Assembly (NCBI RefSeq): GCF_000150275.1 | Contig: NW_002060952.1 | Coordinates: 84,482 to 148,481 of the forward strand | DNA length: 64,000 bases | Direction of reading: 5' to 3' | From: Trichoplax adhaerens | Taxonomy: Eukaryota > Animalia > Placozoa | Part shown: one piece after another, positions 1 to 17,857 of the stretch | Layout of the letters: every line of letters starts with the position of its first letter | How positions within the stretch are numbered: the stretch's first letter is position 1 | Position numbers and translations under genes: made by a program | The notes under the pieces: generated by a model | Seen by the model: only the letters and a program-made list of their open reading frames with translations | What the model was told of the DNA's origin: nothing | Databases searched by the model: none

Positions 1-1341
1 AATCGTTTTATATAGTTCAGTTGACTCTATTAGACTATCTCATGCTTAATAAAGCACGGTAGAGCACTTAGTAAGAAATAACATGTTAGATATACTACCA
101 AAACCAACTAAGGTATTAGAAAATGAAAACGTTATGGTACCTACTGTAATTACGATTACTAATTAAAGTAGAGTATTCTACTTCTTTCTAGCTAGTCTAC
201 CTTCTCTATAGCTACTATACCAATAAACCACCTTTTATATGCTTCGTAGAGATATACGTGTTATCATAAGTTGAGAATGATAATCTTATCATATTCGAAA
301 AGAACTCTACTTAAACTATTACACTTAATAATGCAAGTTTAGATTGATTCTATCTGACGATTCCTTTCTAATTTAAGCTACTGGTTTTCATCATAGATAA
401 ATTTCTATTGATACATTTAACATACGCTGTGCCGTATTAGATAAATGTAAGCATTTCGTATCAGCTTAATTATATGGTGCCTTATGATGTATAACTATAA
501 TATTCTCAAGAAAAAATTACAACTATCTAAAAGTGATCAGGTTAGCATTATACTCTTTTACCAGACAATATCTACTGTTATCAACAAACTAAATTAGTCA
601 CAGTTACAAACTATTTAAGTCATACCTTATCCTAACTTTTATGTACATCACCCTGTAACGGTCATGATTATTTTTACAATATAACCACCATACAAGGAGG
701 ATTCTAGTAAGTAATCTTCATAACAAGTGGCTAACACATGCGTACCTTACACACGTACAAAAATAATTTTTTATTATAGAATTAGCATAAACACAGTATT
801 TCCCCGTTATTTTCTATGTAAACTTAATTACAATTTAGTAATATTGAGTGATTCTGAGTGATATTTATTATCCCATTATTAGTTTAAGCACTACGTCAAT
901 ATGGCAGGCTAATGATGCAATAATATGATAGGACGTAGACTGCTTAATTATAGTACTTGATGTAGTTTAAATAACAAAATAATTTACCATGTGGCTGTAA
1001 TGGTGGAATTACCTTTAAATGATTGAATAGTAGCAAGAAGGTCTATTTATTGACATAATCGTCAACTCACCGATGGGTATAAATTTCAATAAATACAGGC
1101 AATTAAGAAATACTAGACATCAAAATTCTTCATATCCTTTCCATATTTATTGGATGTCGACTTGATAGTAGCTAATATATAAATTTACAATACGATATCG
1201 AAGCTATACCATTTGCGTTTACGTCGCATCATGCTCGAATAAAAAATTCTACATGATATGCTTTATGATGCAAGTATTTATTCACGTATATCAATATCAT
1301 CGTTATAAAAGGTTACGAGTTACTATTTTTGTTTCGACTAG

Positions 1342-3022
1342 GAAGTTGGAACAATATATGCCGATTTATTAGGGGCTATCGGAGTTGCTGATAGAGTGAT
1401 GAAACTATTTACTCGAATACCTGAAAAATGCGAGTATGGTGATGAAAAGCCATCAGATTTCAAAGGCTATATTCAATTTAACAATGTTTCCTTCGCTTAT
1501 CCAAATAAACCTGACACTATGGCAATTGAGAACCTATCCTTTAGCGTTAAACCTGGTGAAATTGTTGCACTTGTTGGTGCAAATGGTTCTGGAAAATCAA
1601 CAACCATCAAACTATGTAAGAGGTTGTACGAGCCGAAATCAGGAGAAATTCTTCTTGACTCACGTCCGCTATCAGATTACGACAATCAATATTTACATTC
1701 CAAAGTAAGCCTTATTAAAATTATAAATAGACAGTTGGCCATATACATAATTTTATTACTTTATAGCTAGAACAATCTATACAACACTATCGAATAGAAC
1801 TAGGGAAGGAATTCATTAGAGTTAATCTTGCTAAATGACTAATAAAGTGGCCATTGGATAGCAAACTATAAGTTACTGCTACGCAATTATACTTTGCAGA
1901 AATTAACTAAATCATTCTGGATAGCTAATCTTGATGGTTTCCGTACAGTAATAATCAATTTATATGAGCTACATTATTTGGAATAGTTTAGTTGTAATAG
2001 CTTTTACCGTATGTAATTATAACTAAGTCGAACAAGCTAAATTATTCTGATGAGTTAAAATCGTAATAGCTTTTTACACCATCATAGCTAATAAGCAAGA
2101 ATAAGTCTAAATATTTAGAATGGTAAAGTTATGATAACTTTCATATCATGGATTAAAATAGAAAGGATCGATTTAAGTTACTTTATTTATGGTAATACTA
2201 TTGTCAATATTTGCATTCCACTAGGTAGCAATGGTAGAACAAGGTCCAACCCTATTTAGTCGTCTCATTAGTGAGAATATCTCGTACGGATATAAAGACT
2301 GTAAAGACCGTAAAGACTGCGGAGACTGTGAAGATTGTAAAGACTATAAAGAAGGTAAAATGATCGATGCGGCAGTAATGGCAAATGCGGACGAATTCAT
2401 TTCTAAATTAGAAAATCGTTATGCAAGTCAAGTCGAGGAACGAGGCCAGAATTTATCGGGAGGTCAAAAGCAAAGAATTTCCATAGCAAGAGCACTAGTT
2501 CGTGATCCTAAAGTTTTACTTCTTGATGAAGCAACTAATTCTTTAGATCCAACGAGTGAGCGTTTGGTAAGCGACTAATAAAACGATAACCAAAGTGCGC
2601 TATTTCTCTTCGTAGCTTCTTGTCTAGTGCATAAATGTAAAGCCCTGACGATTAATCTATCTTCACGAGAGTACAGTTGCACCAAGTACACTAAGATTTA
2701 AGATGTTTTACAATCATATTATGCTTACTTTTATTCTTACCTATATAATTGTTGTCCATGCAAGAAATAAATTTCGAATCAATCAATTGCCTATTATAGC
2801 ATTAATTCAATTAATACAAAATGAATGTTGATTTGATAGGTTCAGGAAGCTATTGAGAAAGCCTTTAAAGATAGGACTGTTATTGTCATTGCGCATACAA
2901 CAAATACCTTTAAAAGAGTGGATAGGATTTTATTTCTAGAAAATGGGAAAATTGTTGAAGAAGGAAATCATGAAGAACTCTTAGAAAAAAATGGTCGTTA
3001 TGCCAATTTTATTCAAAAATAG
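1342..3022 (+). CDS. ABCB-family half transporter (ABCB9/TAP-like), last three exons encoding the nucleotide-binding domain; 5' part lies upstream of the window or was not resolved
   Basis: GT-AG exons 1342-1704, 2225-2566 and 2840-3022 join in frame. Walker [10 protein letters not shown], signature LSGGQKQR, Walker B LLLDE, H-loop VIAH, ending ...GRYANFIQK*. The segment [19 protein letters not shown] resembles TAP/ABCB9. Confidence 0.9.
2294..2356 (+). repeat. Coding 9-nt tandem repeat (7 copies, consensus AAAGACTGT) encoding [21 protein letters not shown]
   Basis: aaagactgt aaagaccgt aaagactgc ggagactgt gaagattgt aaagactat aaagaaggt, in frame inside ABC exon 2225-2566. Confidence 0.9.
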
Positions 3023-5190
3023 TTAACTGAAGATAACTATAGTCAATAGACTTTAATGCACTAAGAATTCAGTAGTGTAAGCAAGATGGTAAAAACAAAT
3101 AATTCCTTATTAACTGGCTCTAATTTGATTTAGTGGAGCATAAAGTGTCTTGATGATGTAACATTCTGTATGTCATGCTGATTTTTTATCTACTAAGCTA
3201 TCACCACTTTCTGGTTCTATGTTTACAATCATAGATTTAAAATGACTTAGCTATACTAATTTAAGCTGCAATCAAGAGGTAAAAGCTTGAGATTCATTTA
3301 ATGCTACTTATTTTATTGCTTAATTTTCGTATGCAAAATTATAAAGAAAATTACATTTAATTTTTAATGCAATACAACTTTCATCAAATTGACTTAATTT
3401 TGTACTGTAGTTATAAAATAATATTTTGAGCTTATTTATAGGGTCAGAACTCTTAATATCTGTTATACTGCAGATTATTTAGATATAATCAGTAGCTACT
3501 AAAGTAAGACCCGATATAGGCCGCAAAGATATTTATAAGCTTGTGCAAACTACTCAATAATAAGTAAACATACATGCAGAATAAAAATTTTTAAGATTAT
3601 TTCTACTTGAGTGATATGCGGCTATATATTTAATCTTGACTTTCGAACTAGCTGTGTGAAGTTACGTGATCTGGAGATTTACTGCTGTAATGTAAAGCAG
3701 TAATTTTTACTTAATAAACTACTTTTAACCGCTACACTGTGATACTAGTTCAAGTAGGCTAAAGGCAGCATTTTATTGCACTGTCACACCAATATTGCAG
3801 TGCCATTGAGACAGTATTAGTTTATGATTTTTAATTAGACCTCAAGTGAGGTCAATTTTCAGCGACTGAAATTTATTCAATCCTAACGTCAAATGTTAGA
3901 AGCATATACGCATGTCTCTGTATTATTATACATGGCTCAAAATCGCATTATGATCTTAAAAAATAAAATTTATCTATAAATTTTAATAGAATACAGTTTT
4001 TAGATATCGTATTAGTTGTCAAGAAATCTAGTCAAGGAATAAATGTTCAAATGTTCAATGATTACAAGCTGAGCCTTATAATACAACATGAGAAATCTCC
4101 ACTGGGTTTATGAAATGACTTTATTAATCAAATTATTAATTCTTTATTTTGGCATAAATGCGGTATCGTTACTATGAGCTTTACTTTTTAAAAGTTTGGG
4201 TCTGCCTGTTTGATTCTTTCATATTCTTTCGGCTATGAACGGAATATATTTATAATTGGTTATAAGACAAAATATCGAAGACCTTAAAACAATTGGACAG
4301 TTCCATCTTACTCCAGTACAATCATCTTTTATTTATTTTACATGCTTAGCGCATTTAGATAGCAGTAAAATTTTAAGATTTTTAAGAAAGAGAAATAATT
4401 TTTAGCAGTTTAATCGATAAATTAATGTTATTATGCAGTCAAGTTGCGATTTCATAATATCTGTATAGTATATGAACAAAATATGTGATAATATTACCTG
4501 TTTTAAAGGGACAAATAAAACAAATTTAACGATTGATAGACAAACAAAGTGATCGCAGTACCCTATTGTAAATTATATATGTATGAAAAAACTGAAACTA
4601 ATAGCCGATGGTAACAACAAAAATGTGTATCAAAGAAGCCGGTATAGGTATGTAGTACATAACCGCACCAAATAAAAGTCGTTATAAAGTTGATAAATCT
4701 CTTCATACTGTACACTTATTCAAACAATGTATGGCACTTTTTCTAAATGAAAATGAAATTTCTTACAATTATAACAACTAACGTACATTTAATATAATAG
4801 TTGTATTTGTAGGAAAATTAAGGAAGTTTTAGTGACTTAGAAAATTATCGAAATGTTAAAGGCAAAATAATGAGGAGTTGTTATATTGTTTCGTAGGTAA
4901 TAACTATTTGTTACTTTCGGTAATAAAGAATACTGCATCAGATCATTTTTCCTGTTATTAGATATTAATCAATTATTGACATTTATAACAAAATCATATC
5001 GAAGAATCACGTGGAAACCTATGCATATTTTTATAGTAACAATACATGTAGGGTCTACCGTAGATGTTATAATAACTTATAACAGTTTAAGCAACAGTTA
5101 TCCTAAAACACTACCGTAGTCATGTAAATAAAATATGTCAAAGAATATCAGTTTTACTGTACAGTATTATCTATCACAATTACTAGGAAA

Positions 5191-6855
5191 TTACTCGACG
5201 TAATCAAAATCTTCAGGAATACCAAATTGCTTATCGATCACCTTATCTTCGAAGCAAAACTTGTTGCGACACCAAGATTTAATAGAAAATATATTATCTA
5301 GAATAACAGCGAAGTAGTCATCAGTATCATTATCACAATTATTTCTCTATTTTAATTATTATTTAACCTGTCCATCGATTAGCAGCTTCCAAGGAGACTT
5401 TTTTCAAAAGTTCTTGATAAAAGAGGTTAAAAAATGAGCCAAATTTTCCTTACAAGTGATTCGAATATCCAAGTCTAGTTTATAGTACAAGGATATAGGT
5501 ACTAGAATTGTATGAGAACTTACTAGCTTCTTCCACAAGTTCAGGGTCACAACCTTGATATTGGCGTAACTCTACTGTTAAAGAGTCCCTCCTAGAGCTT
5601 AATTCTTCAATTTTTTCCAATAACGTTTTACGTTTATCCTATTATAAACATTAGAATGTGATATTTTGTAATGTTCATTGATCCCAAATCGAACGAAGCT
5701 ACTTAAGATTGTAGGCATTGTCACTTAGGATAGAGCATTATAATATTATAACTACTCGCAAGTAACAATACAATTAACAAATGTATACAATATGATAGTT
5801 ACAGCATAATTGACAGAAAATCATTTACAATGATACACCTACATGTATCATGAGACGGTAACACAAAATACACAAACAACTCACTGTATCCTTCCTGCAG
5901 TTAGCGTGATCATCTTTGCTTTGTTGCAACTTTTTCTTTTTCATTTCGCATTCACTTATTTGCGATTTCAAAGTCTCCAGTTTCCTTTTGCGCTTAATAA
6001 ACAAATTGAATAACGAAAGAACGTATAAAAGTCAAGATAGTTATAATGTTAATTAGTAATAACAGACAATACGTAATATCAACCGTGAAACTGAATTTTG
6101 CAGTTTTCGGGTATTATGAAAATAGTAATTCAACCTGATTAGTTGCTTTACTTGGGAATGACCAAAAATAATTTGAAGTTCCAATCTTATCTTGTTCTAC
6201 CATTGCATCATCAACTAAAGATTGCAAGACGTCCTTTACTGACATCGAAGCTATGCATTAAAGCCAAAGTTGAGTAATTAATAGTAATAGCATAAGAATA
6301 TTAAAGTACAGGAAACAAAGTATACACGTATATTATTTTGTAACGTACTGATTCCTTTCTGTTTCTGTGCAATTTTTTCCAATTCCTTTAGTTGATAGAA
6401 GTTTTTCTGTTGTCATAAAGAATAGTTTGCAACGTATCAATTTGCTATTAATTAGATTAAGTTTTTCATATTTTGAAATGCAGCATAATATTTTATCATG
6501 TATTATTAAGTCCTAAGGATTATTGTCAATACTATTAGCCTATAATTCTAGGGAAATTGATGATCTACAGTATTTAAGGTAGAGTTTTCGGCATTAAAAG
6601 TGTATAACATTTGCTAGCAATTACAACATAGATATTGTGATTAACATTGATCACTTAATAATAATAAAATTACGAAAAGGGATTGAATTGGATGCTTACC
6701 TTATACTGGTTAAAGGAAACATCTCAAGACATTTAATACATGATTACTTTTAGTGGAGATACTACATCATTGCGAGTTTATACCCTTACCGTTTCGTAAA
6801 ATAATTCCAGCATCCTAGACCGCTTCTCTTCGAAGCTTAAACCTCTTCTCTTCGA
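5191..6855 (-). CDS. MND1: Meiotic nuclear division protein 1; the ATG-only first coding exon lies further upstream (candidate 7458-7460)
   Basis: Minus-strand exons ~6855-6790 ([22 protein letters not shown]), 6406-6349, 6250-6135 ([30 protein letters not shown]), 5992-5885, 5638-5524, 5412-5369 (EAANRWT) and 5297-5191 ([10 protein letters not shown]...[11 protein letters not shown]). These match hallmark MND1 motifs. Confidence 0.95.
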
Positions 6856-8760
6856 CTGTATTAAAGGAGAAAGAGTAAAAAAGACTTTTATCCATTGGAA
6901 AGTGCAACTGAATAGCAGTAAAGCGAGAATACACGTATACCTTAAAGTGCAATGGAAATTTTTGTAACGGATAGAGACTATATTACATACCCATAAGACT
7001 ACATGTAATAGTAGTAGACTTACAGTGTATTCAAGAAGTAAATGAAGTTGCTTTTTAAATTACTGTGTTGATATTCTACTTTTGAATGAGTTTCATGTGT
7101 AACACTATATGTATCATTCTAAATGAACTACTCCAGGTTTGGAGATTTATACGTATGAGTATAATCATGAAATCGTAATGATACTAGTCAAGAAATTGCT
7201 GTAAAGCTACTAAGGTATCAATAATACTGTAAATGCTATAATGAAACAAGTTGATTGCAAGGGCCATCGTTACTTGTAACACTTGTATTTTTATGACAAA
7301 GACAATTTTAGAGTAAGCTGCCAACTTGCTACTAGTCTAGTGTTAAATCGTAGTTGTATCATCGTGGCAAAGAAGCTTTATTCATCGCGAGTCGTCTTTG
7401 CATATTATAATATCATCCTATACATCAAAATCGCAAGTTATTCCATCAGATACTTGCCATGAAAGAGTCTGCATGAAATTTCAACGACCATGTCATATAT
7501 ACGCGTAGTTATCATACTGTATAATACTTTTCCTTTCCGTGAATGCTCGTTGGTTGCAACTTGTTGAAGTACTGTATACCATACTGGGGTATCACTCGAT
7601 TGTTAAATTAAATGTCAAGTAAAAGTGGCCGATCAAGAGAGCCAGCGTAGTAATGTGCTTCACTCACTGCTCAGTTCCCCTACTTTGTACTCATTAGCGT
7701 GCCATCGCGTGCTTCCACTGAACTTCAGATCAACAACAGCTATTCCTGTGTACACGTAAATTATTGCACTGTCTGTCATTCATAGGACTCCCAATTTTTT
7801 TTTTAAGGGGGGGGGGGGGAGAGAAGAAAATTCATGCATGCAGTATCCCAGTACTATAAACACTGCTTGCTTACTTATAGTAGACTGTATTATAATTAGT
7901 CATCTCTTGACTGCATAATAAGACAAATGAACTTTTTAAAGCAATGCAAACAATTCAAATGGGTACAGTATGTAGAAATAATTCTCATTAAAGTACAATA
8001 TTCATTGGTAGTTGCAGTGCAGTACTGTATTTTCCTATTTCAGCATGGATTTCAACTTTGAAATCAGCAAAAACACTGTCCGATAGAACCTAATGACACT
8101 GTCTGGCCATTGCACAGTACAGTGGTGACTGTAAGAGAATTCTCAGCATATTGAACAACGCTGAATTGAAGGTATACAGTCGAATGAAATCTTGTAGTAC
8201 ACGATACGAATCGTAAAATAAATTCTTTTTGATAGGCATGGTCTTACCATTGAGTAACCAGTTAGGATAGAGTCCAAAACGCCAAGCAATAAGAAACTAA
8301 CTCTCTTTCAAGTCTAATAACGCCGTCCAATATGAAATGTACTTTGACCAATTTGGAAATTTTCACTGCAAGATCTTCAACAGAATGTGGTTGCAGGCAC
8401 AGACAGGTGTCAACACTTGGAAGAGTGAAGCTGTTGTGAAGGTGAAACTTGTCTCAACTGACCTCTCACTCTTTCATACAGTCCCACCACTTTTGTTCTT
8501 CGTCCAAGCCTGTTGACCGCTGGCTGGTGTGAGTCACATTGGAGCATGACGCAAGCCGTTCCACTCGACGGTATTGTACTGTACACTAGTCATTGCGTAC
8601 TTCTCCAATTCGTACTTCGCGCCGTTTTATTCTGTGTTGATGACACAGTGTACAGTACGCTACACTGTACTGTACAGTACACTGTGCATTACAGGGTTGT
8701 GTACTGTACAGTACAGTACAGTACTGTAGAGTTCATACTGACAACCGGATGGAAGGTTCG

Positions 8761-9760
8761 TATTACTCGCAATTGGCATGGAGACAAGAAATTGAACACG
8801 TACAGTAGTTGAAGTTGTTGTAAAACTAGTTACTCACTCTCTCTTTATTGCATTGAAGAATGCAATAAAACGCAATAAAGCTATACGTACGCCGTTCATA
8901 CTTATAACGCAATGTGCAGTGGGTTCTTACTACTCGAAATTAATATGCAGACAAGAAATTGAACATGTAGTTGAAGTTATTGTAAAACTAGCTACTCACT
9001 CTCTCTTTATTGCATTGAAGAATGCAATAAAACGCAATAAAGCTATACGTACGCCGTTCATACTTATAACGCAATGTGCAGTGGGTTCTTACTACTCGAA
9101 ATTGAACACGTAGTTGAAGTTATTGTAAAACTAGCTACTCACTCTCTCTTTATTGCATTGAAAAATGCCGCTTGCTATACTGTACGTACGCCGTTCACAC
9201 TTATAACGCAATGTGCAGTGGGTTCTTACTACTCGCAATTAGCATGGAGACAAGAAATTGAACATGTAGCTGAAGTTATTGTAAAACTAGCTACTAACTC
9301 TCTCTTTATTGCATTGAAAAATGCCGGCTGCTATACGTACGCCGTTCATACTTATAATGCAATGTGCAGTGGGTTCTTACTACTCGAAATTGAACACGTA
9401 GTTGAAGTTATTGTAAAACTAGCTACTCACTCTCTCTTTATTGCATTGAAAAATGCCGCCTGCTATACGTACGCCGTTCACACTTATAACGCAATGTGCA
9501 GTGGGTTCTTACTACTCGCAATTAGCATGGAGACAAGAAATTGAACATGTAGTTGAAGTTATTGTAAAACTAACTACTAACTCTCTCTTTATTGCATTGA
9601 AAAACGCCGGCTGCTATACGTACGCTGTTCACACTTATAACGCGATGTGCAGTGGGTTCTTACTACTCGAAATTGAACACGTAGTTGGAAGTCTCTCTTT
9701 ATTGCATTGAAAAACGCCGGCTTCTATACGTGCCGCCGGTTCACACGTATAACGCAATGT
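8761..9760. repeat. Tandem array of about 7 units of ~130-165 bp, with alternating long and short variants
   Basis: Core GAAATTGAACAYGTAGTTGAAGTTATTGTAAAACTAGCTACTCACTCTCTCTTTATTGCATTGAA...CGCAATGTGCAGTGGGTTCTTACTACTCG recurs at ~8765, 8931, 9093, 9231, 9381, 9513 and 9664. Confidence 0.95.
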
Positions 9761-11193
9761 ACACTAATTGCAAGTTTATATAACAGTACATTCACTACTC
9801 ACTAGTGTAAGCATCACAATCTACAATTAACACCGGTAGAATTAATTCTAGTCAGTAGAATATCACATTTAGTACAGTATTGAATTGTAATATATAGCAT
9901 AACTGACGGTACTACTGTAGGATATTTCTAGAACTCCATGACTCCAGTTTTGCTTTCTCCAGCACTTCGAGCAAACCAAACATACTTACCTCAGCGCAAT
10001 TAGTGTACCTAGGCGTATATAAATACACCCGCTAAAGATGTCTAGTGCAGCCATTGGTTCGTATTATACTCGCGTACCTTATTGATTTTTACTTTATGCA
10101 TTCACATGCTCGAGTACAGCGTACTGTACAATTCACTCCTTGCAATAAATACAGTAGTACAGTACTGTAGTACTGTGTAAAGTACTACATTACCTCTTTA
10201 GGATCACGAAACACTTTAGTCCGCAAGCAATCATTTCAATCATTAAGGGCTAAGGGTCATACAAGATAGAAGAGATGATGCATGCGTATAAGTAGATTAA
10301 CAGCTTTAATTTCTTAACGAATGTCTTTTTAAGTTTTAAAATGATATTGCAGCAGCAGTAGCGAAAATTGCATGAACAACGTAACAGTATTTCCTAAGCA
10401 TATTCTTAAGCGTTGCTTCAAGATGATAAGAAAATAGCAATATATAATTAATGAATCAATGGATAAATCATAAAATACTTACTCAATTCCAAGATAGTAA
10501 GTAATTAGGCAACACAATACTGATGACAGTACAATATGACTCTAAAATTCTTAGAGTTCGCAAAAGTTATACAGTTGAAATTGTTTTGACATCAATTTTA
10601 CAAATCCAAATACCAGTTTGCATCTCATTTTCTAAACAATAATTACTATGAATACAGAAATCTATTACTGTACTTGTCATAACTAGAAGTCGCCTGAATG
10701 AAAGCGTATTCATGAATGGATAGAATCAGAAACAGTACAAATGCTGCCAACAGCAAATAGTATTAATCCTTTTTTTAGTATAACAGTATACGGTAACAAA
10801 GCAAACCAGCAATTTAAAAATCCTACTAATAGATTCTACATAATTGTAGCATAAACAGGTTACATCTCAACATAAGTTCAATAAGTGGGCTACCTTTGGT
10901 AAAGAAATACTACTATAGTAATTCGTTATAGAAACGCTACGGGCAGTAATTTGCTATCACTTTAGCTAAGGGACATAAAAAAAAACAGCTAATTACAGGT
11001 CTTTGCTATCCACTATTCCGAAACAAAATGCCGTTTTCAAGCTTAAATCTAAAGTAGATATTCTTCAAAGTTTTCTTCAAATCTTGCATTGGAGGCTTAT
11101 ACAATTAACAGAGAGCTAGCTATTACCATTAACCGCTCCTCTGTTGACTTGTACAAATAAAAATGATTGAATTCTTAAAACTGATTATTTGCT

Positions 11194-15173
<3,980 letters not shown>

Positions 15174-16229
15174 CCTAGAAGGTCGTTGTGAATGATTCTA
15201 CGGGTCTTTCTTTCACACACTTGGCTATCCAGACGTATGATAACTGACGATACTGCGTTATCTTCGCCTATTCTAATCAAATCCTAATCTTGGACTAATC
15301 GTAGGCAAATAACAGCTACTCTACGGTGGTGTACACACAGCAAGGTGCACTAAATATTAAATGAACGTGAAGCGATGTCAAGGGTAATGTCGCGACTATG
15401 GATCATAGCACAGTATGGAACTACTGTACTGTACTGTCAGTAATTCCAGTTGTGAATCTTCCAATCGATGAAATCTACTTGGATATTACAGTATCTTAGG
15501 GTAATACTGTAGGCGAAAAGCAGTTGGGAAGGTTGATACTGAGTCAATTGGACAAAAAAAAGAGAGGAAAGCACTTCAAAGCTGAAATGAAAGATGGAAC
15601 TTCCAATGTTTGTGACTGAGTGAGGAGTTTAATCGGGCGGTTCCAAGCGAGTGTCGCCGAAACTCTGCGACACAGTGAGGTTGTACTGTACACTGCCGTA
15701 TACAGTACAATGTACTGTAAACGGGCAGTCACGACCGTAGTTACGGTACTGTACTGTACTGTACTGTAGCGAAAAGGTTGTCGTGAAGTTGGTCGAGTTG
15801 CCAGTAGTACAGAACTGTAGACTATCGAGTGAGTGTAGAACTAGCGTACTGTACTGATCAGACCAATGGAGGTAAAATAGACCACCAGACTTTCAGTAAG
15901 TTGTAAATTTAAACGATTGAGCAGTAGGATACTTAACATCGGTCGTTAAGACTTCTTAAAGCAAACAGCTACGAGACAGATCGGCATCAGCCTACTGTTC
16001 ACTGTGTAGTCTGGCTACTAGCTTCACCCATCACCTTGTACACTACAGTGTACAGTACAGTACAACACAATACTCTGTACTGTAGGTGCAGGCCAACGAT
16101 CTGCTAGAAAACGGGTAGCAGTTAATACCATACTGTATTGAACTGCAGCAGTAACGGTGACCTTACTATGACGAAAAGGAGATCATTTGGTAGGACCCTT
16201 CCAGTGAACTGGGCGTAGTCAATTGATGA

Positions 16230-16910
16230 ATTAATTATCGTAATTAATTAATCAAGATAATCATTTTAAGGGTTAAGAAGGCACCAAAGTCTGCAGAAAG
16301 TACTAGTTGAACGAGCTCGAAATGGTTACAGCATTTTACAACGTTGAAATACTGTAAAGTCATTTTATCTCGCTTAATGACGTCGATAGCTCGTACTAGA
16401 TTGCAATCGTCTATTTCTTCCATGTTAATTATCGTAATTAATTAATCAAGATAATCATTTTAAGAAGGTACCATAGTCTTTAGAAAGTACTAGTTGAACG
16501 AGCATCAAATGCAGTTACAGCATTTTACAACGTTGAAATACTATCAAGTAATTTTATCTCGCTTAATGACGTCTATAGTTCGTACGTTGAATTACTGTAA
16601 AGTCATTTTATCGCCCTTAATGACGTCCATAGCTCGTACGTTGAATTACTGTAAAGTCATTTTATCGCCCTTAATGACGTCCATAGCTCGTACTGGATTG
16701 CAATCGTCTACTTCTTCCATGTTAATTATCGTAATTAATTAATCAAGATAATCATTTTAAGAAGGTACCATAGTCTTTAGGAAGTACTAGTTGAACGAGC
16801 ACCAAATGGTTACTGCATTTCACAACGTTGAAATGCTGTAAAGTAATTTTATCTCGCTTAATGACGTCGATAGCTCGTACTGGATTGCAATCGTCTACTT
16901 TTTCCATATT
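16230..16910. repeat. Nested tandem array: three ~190-195-bp units, the middle one containing a triplicated ~53-bp subunit
   Basis: TTAATTATCGTAATTAATTAATCAAGATAATCATTTTAAG starts at ~16231, 16425 and 16723. The subunit ACGTTGAAWTACTGTAAAGTCATTTTATCKCSCTTAATGACGTCNATAGYTCGT is repeated three times within ~16530-16690. Confidence 0.95.
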
Positions 16911-17857
16911 AATAAAATAAAATAGTAGAGACATGACGTAATTTTATCCGCTGCTAGCTATTACTCATATCTTTCAGCATCATCAAAGACTCCCAAAATG
17001 ATACAGTGATTCATTATCAATCAAGTGATAAGATATTAGGTGAGCTAGGCTGGTTTCATTTATAAAAATGACTGTAGGTAACGCCATGCATCATTATATT
17101 ACGCCTAACGCGCTATAGTTTCTATCTCGAATTTTACTTACTTATGAAAAGGCAACGCATCGCTAATAACTTACGTAAAGAAAATTTCAGTAATTGATAG
17201 GCGTAATGAATACAACATGTAAGCAAAAGGCGACTGCATTATCCGCCAGTAAGCGATTTCTGACGTCAACTGCTTCGTCAAACGTACACAATGTTAAAAT
17301 TGCTTAATGAGAATTCCTACCAATTCTAGTAGCCGATAGAACTTGTTTATTCATATTTCATTGCATTCATATACCTTACACGATACGACTGCAGTCATCA
17401 CAAATGGTCTTACACAGATAAAATAGAACATGTGCAAACAATATTCATCCTGGATCAAATAAACTCTTCAACAGCACCGATAGCAGGGCACCATATGTCA
17501 AGTTTACTTTGCATGCTTGCACATTTTATAGATTATGGATGGATCTTTATTGCATATAGCTATACTTGTAAAAACGATTGTAACTTACTACGCAAGCATT
17601 CGAAATTTGATTGCCTCTTACATCATATATTATCTCGTAATTTAAATAATTAGAATTGTTTCTATCCCCATTAGAGTACGCTGCAAATTGGTACTAAAAT
17701 GAAAATTAAACTTGATAAATTACCGGTTGTAACGCGCAATTGGATTGCATTACAATAAAGTACATAATTGTGTCTTAAAGAGTGATTGGGATTCATCATG
17801 CACTTAAATACAAGAAATTTTGAAATTTTAAAGCTTTTACCATAAAATTTTAAACTG

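Noticed and set aside
7795-7820. Poly-T/poly-G run (also G runs at ~14142-14153 and ~58399-58405) as G-quadruplex elements
   Set aside because: Single short homopolymers with unreliable lengths and no supporting pattern.
8761-9760. CRISPR-like repeat/spacer appearance, and ORFs 8853-9113, 9074-9544 and 9453-9710
   Set aside because: Whole units repeat with no unique spacers, there are no cas genes, and the context is eukaryotic. The ORFs shift frame between units and are by-products of the repeat.
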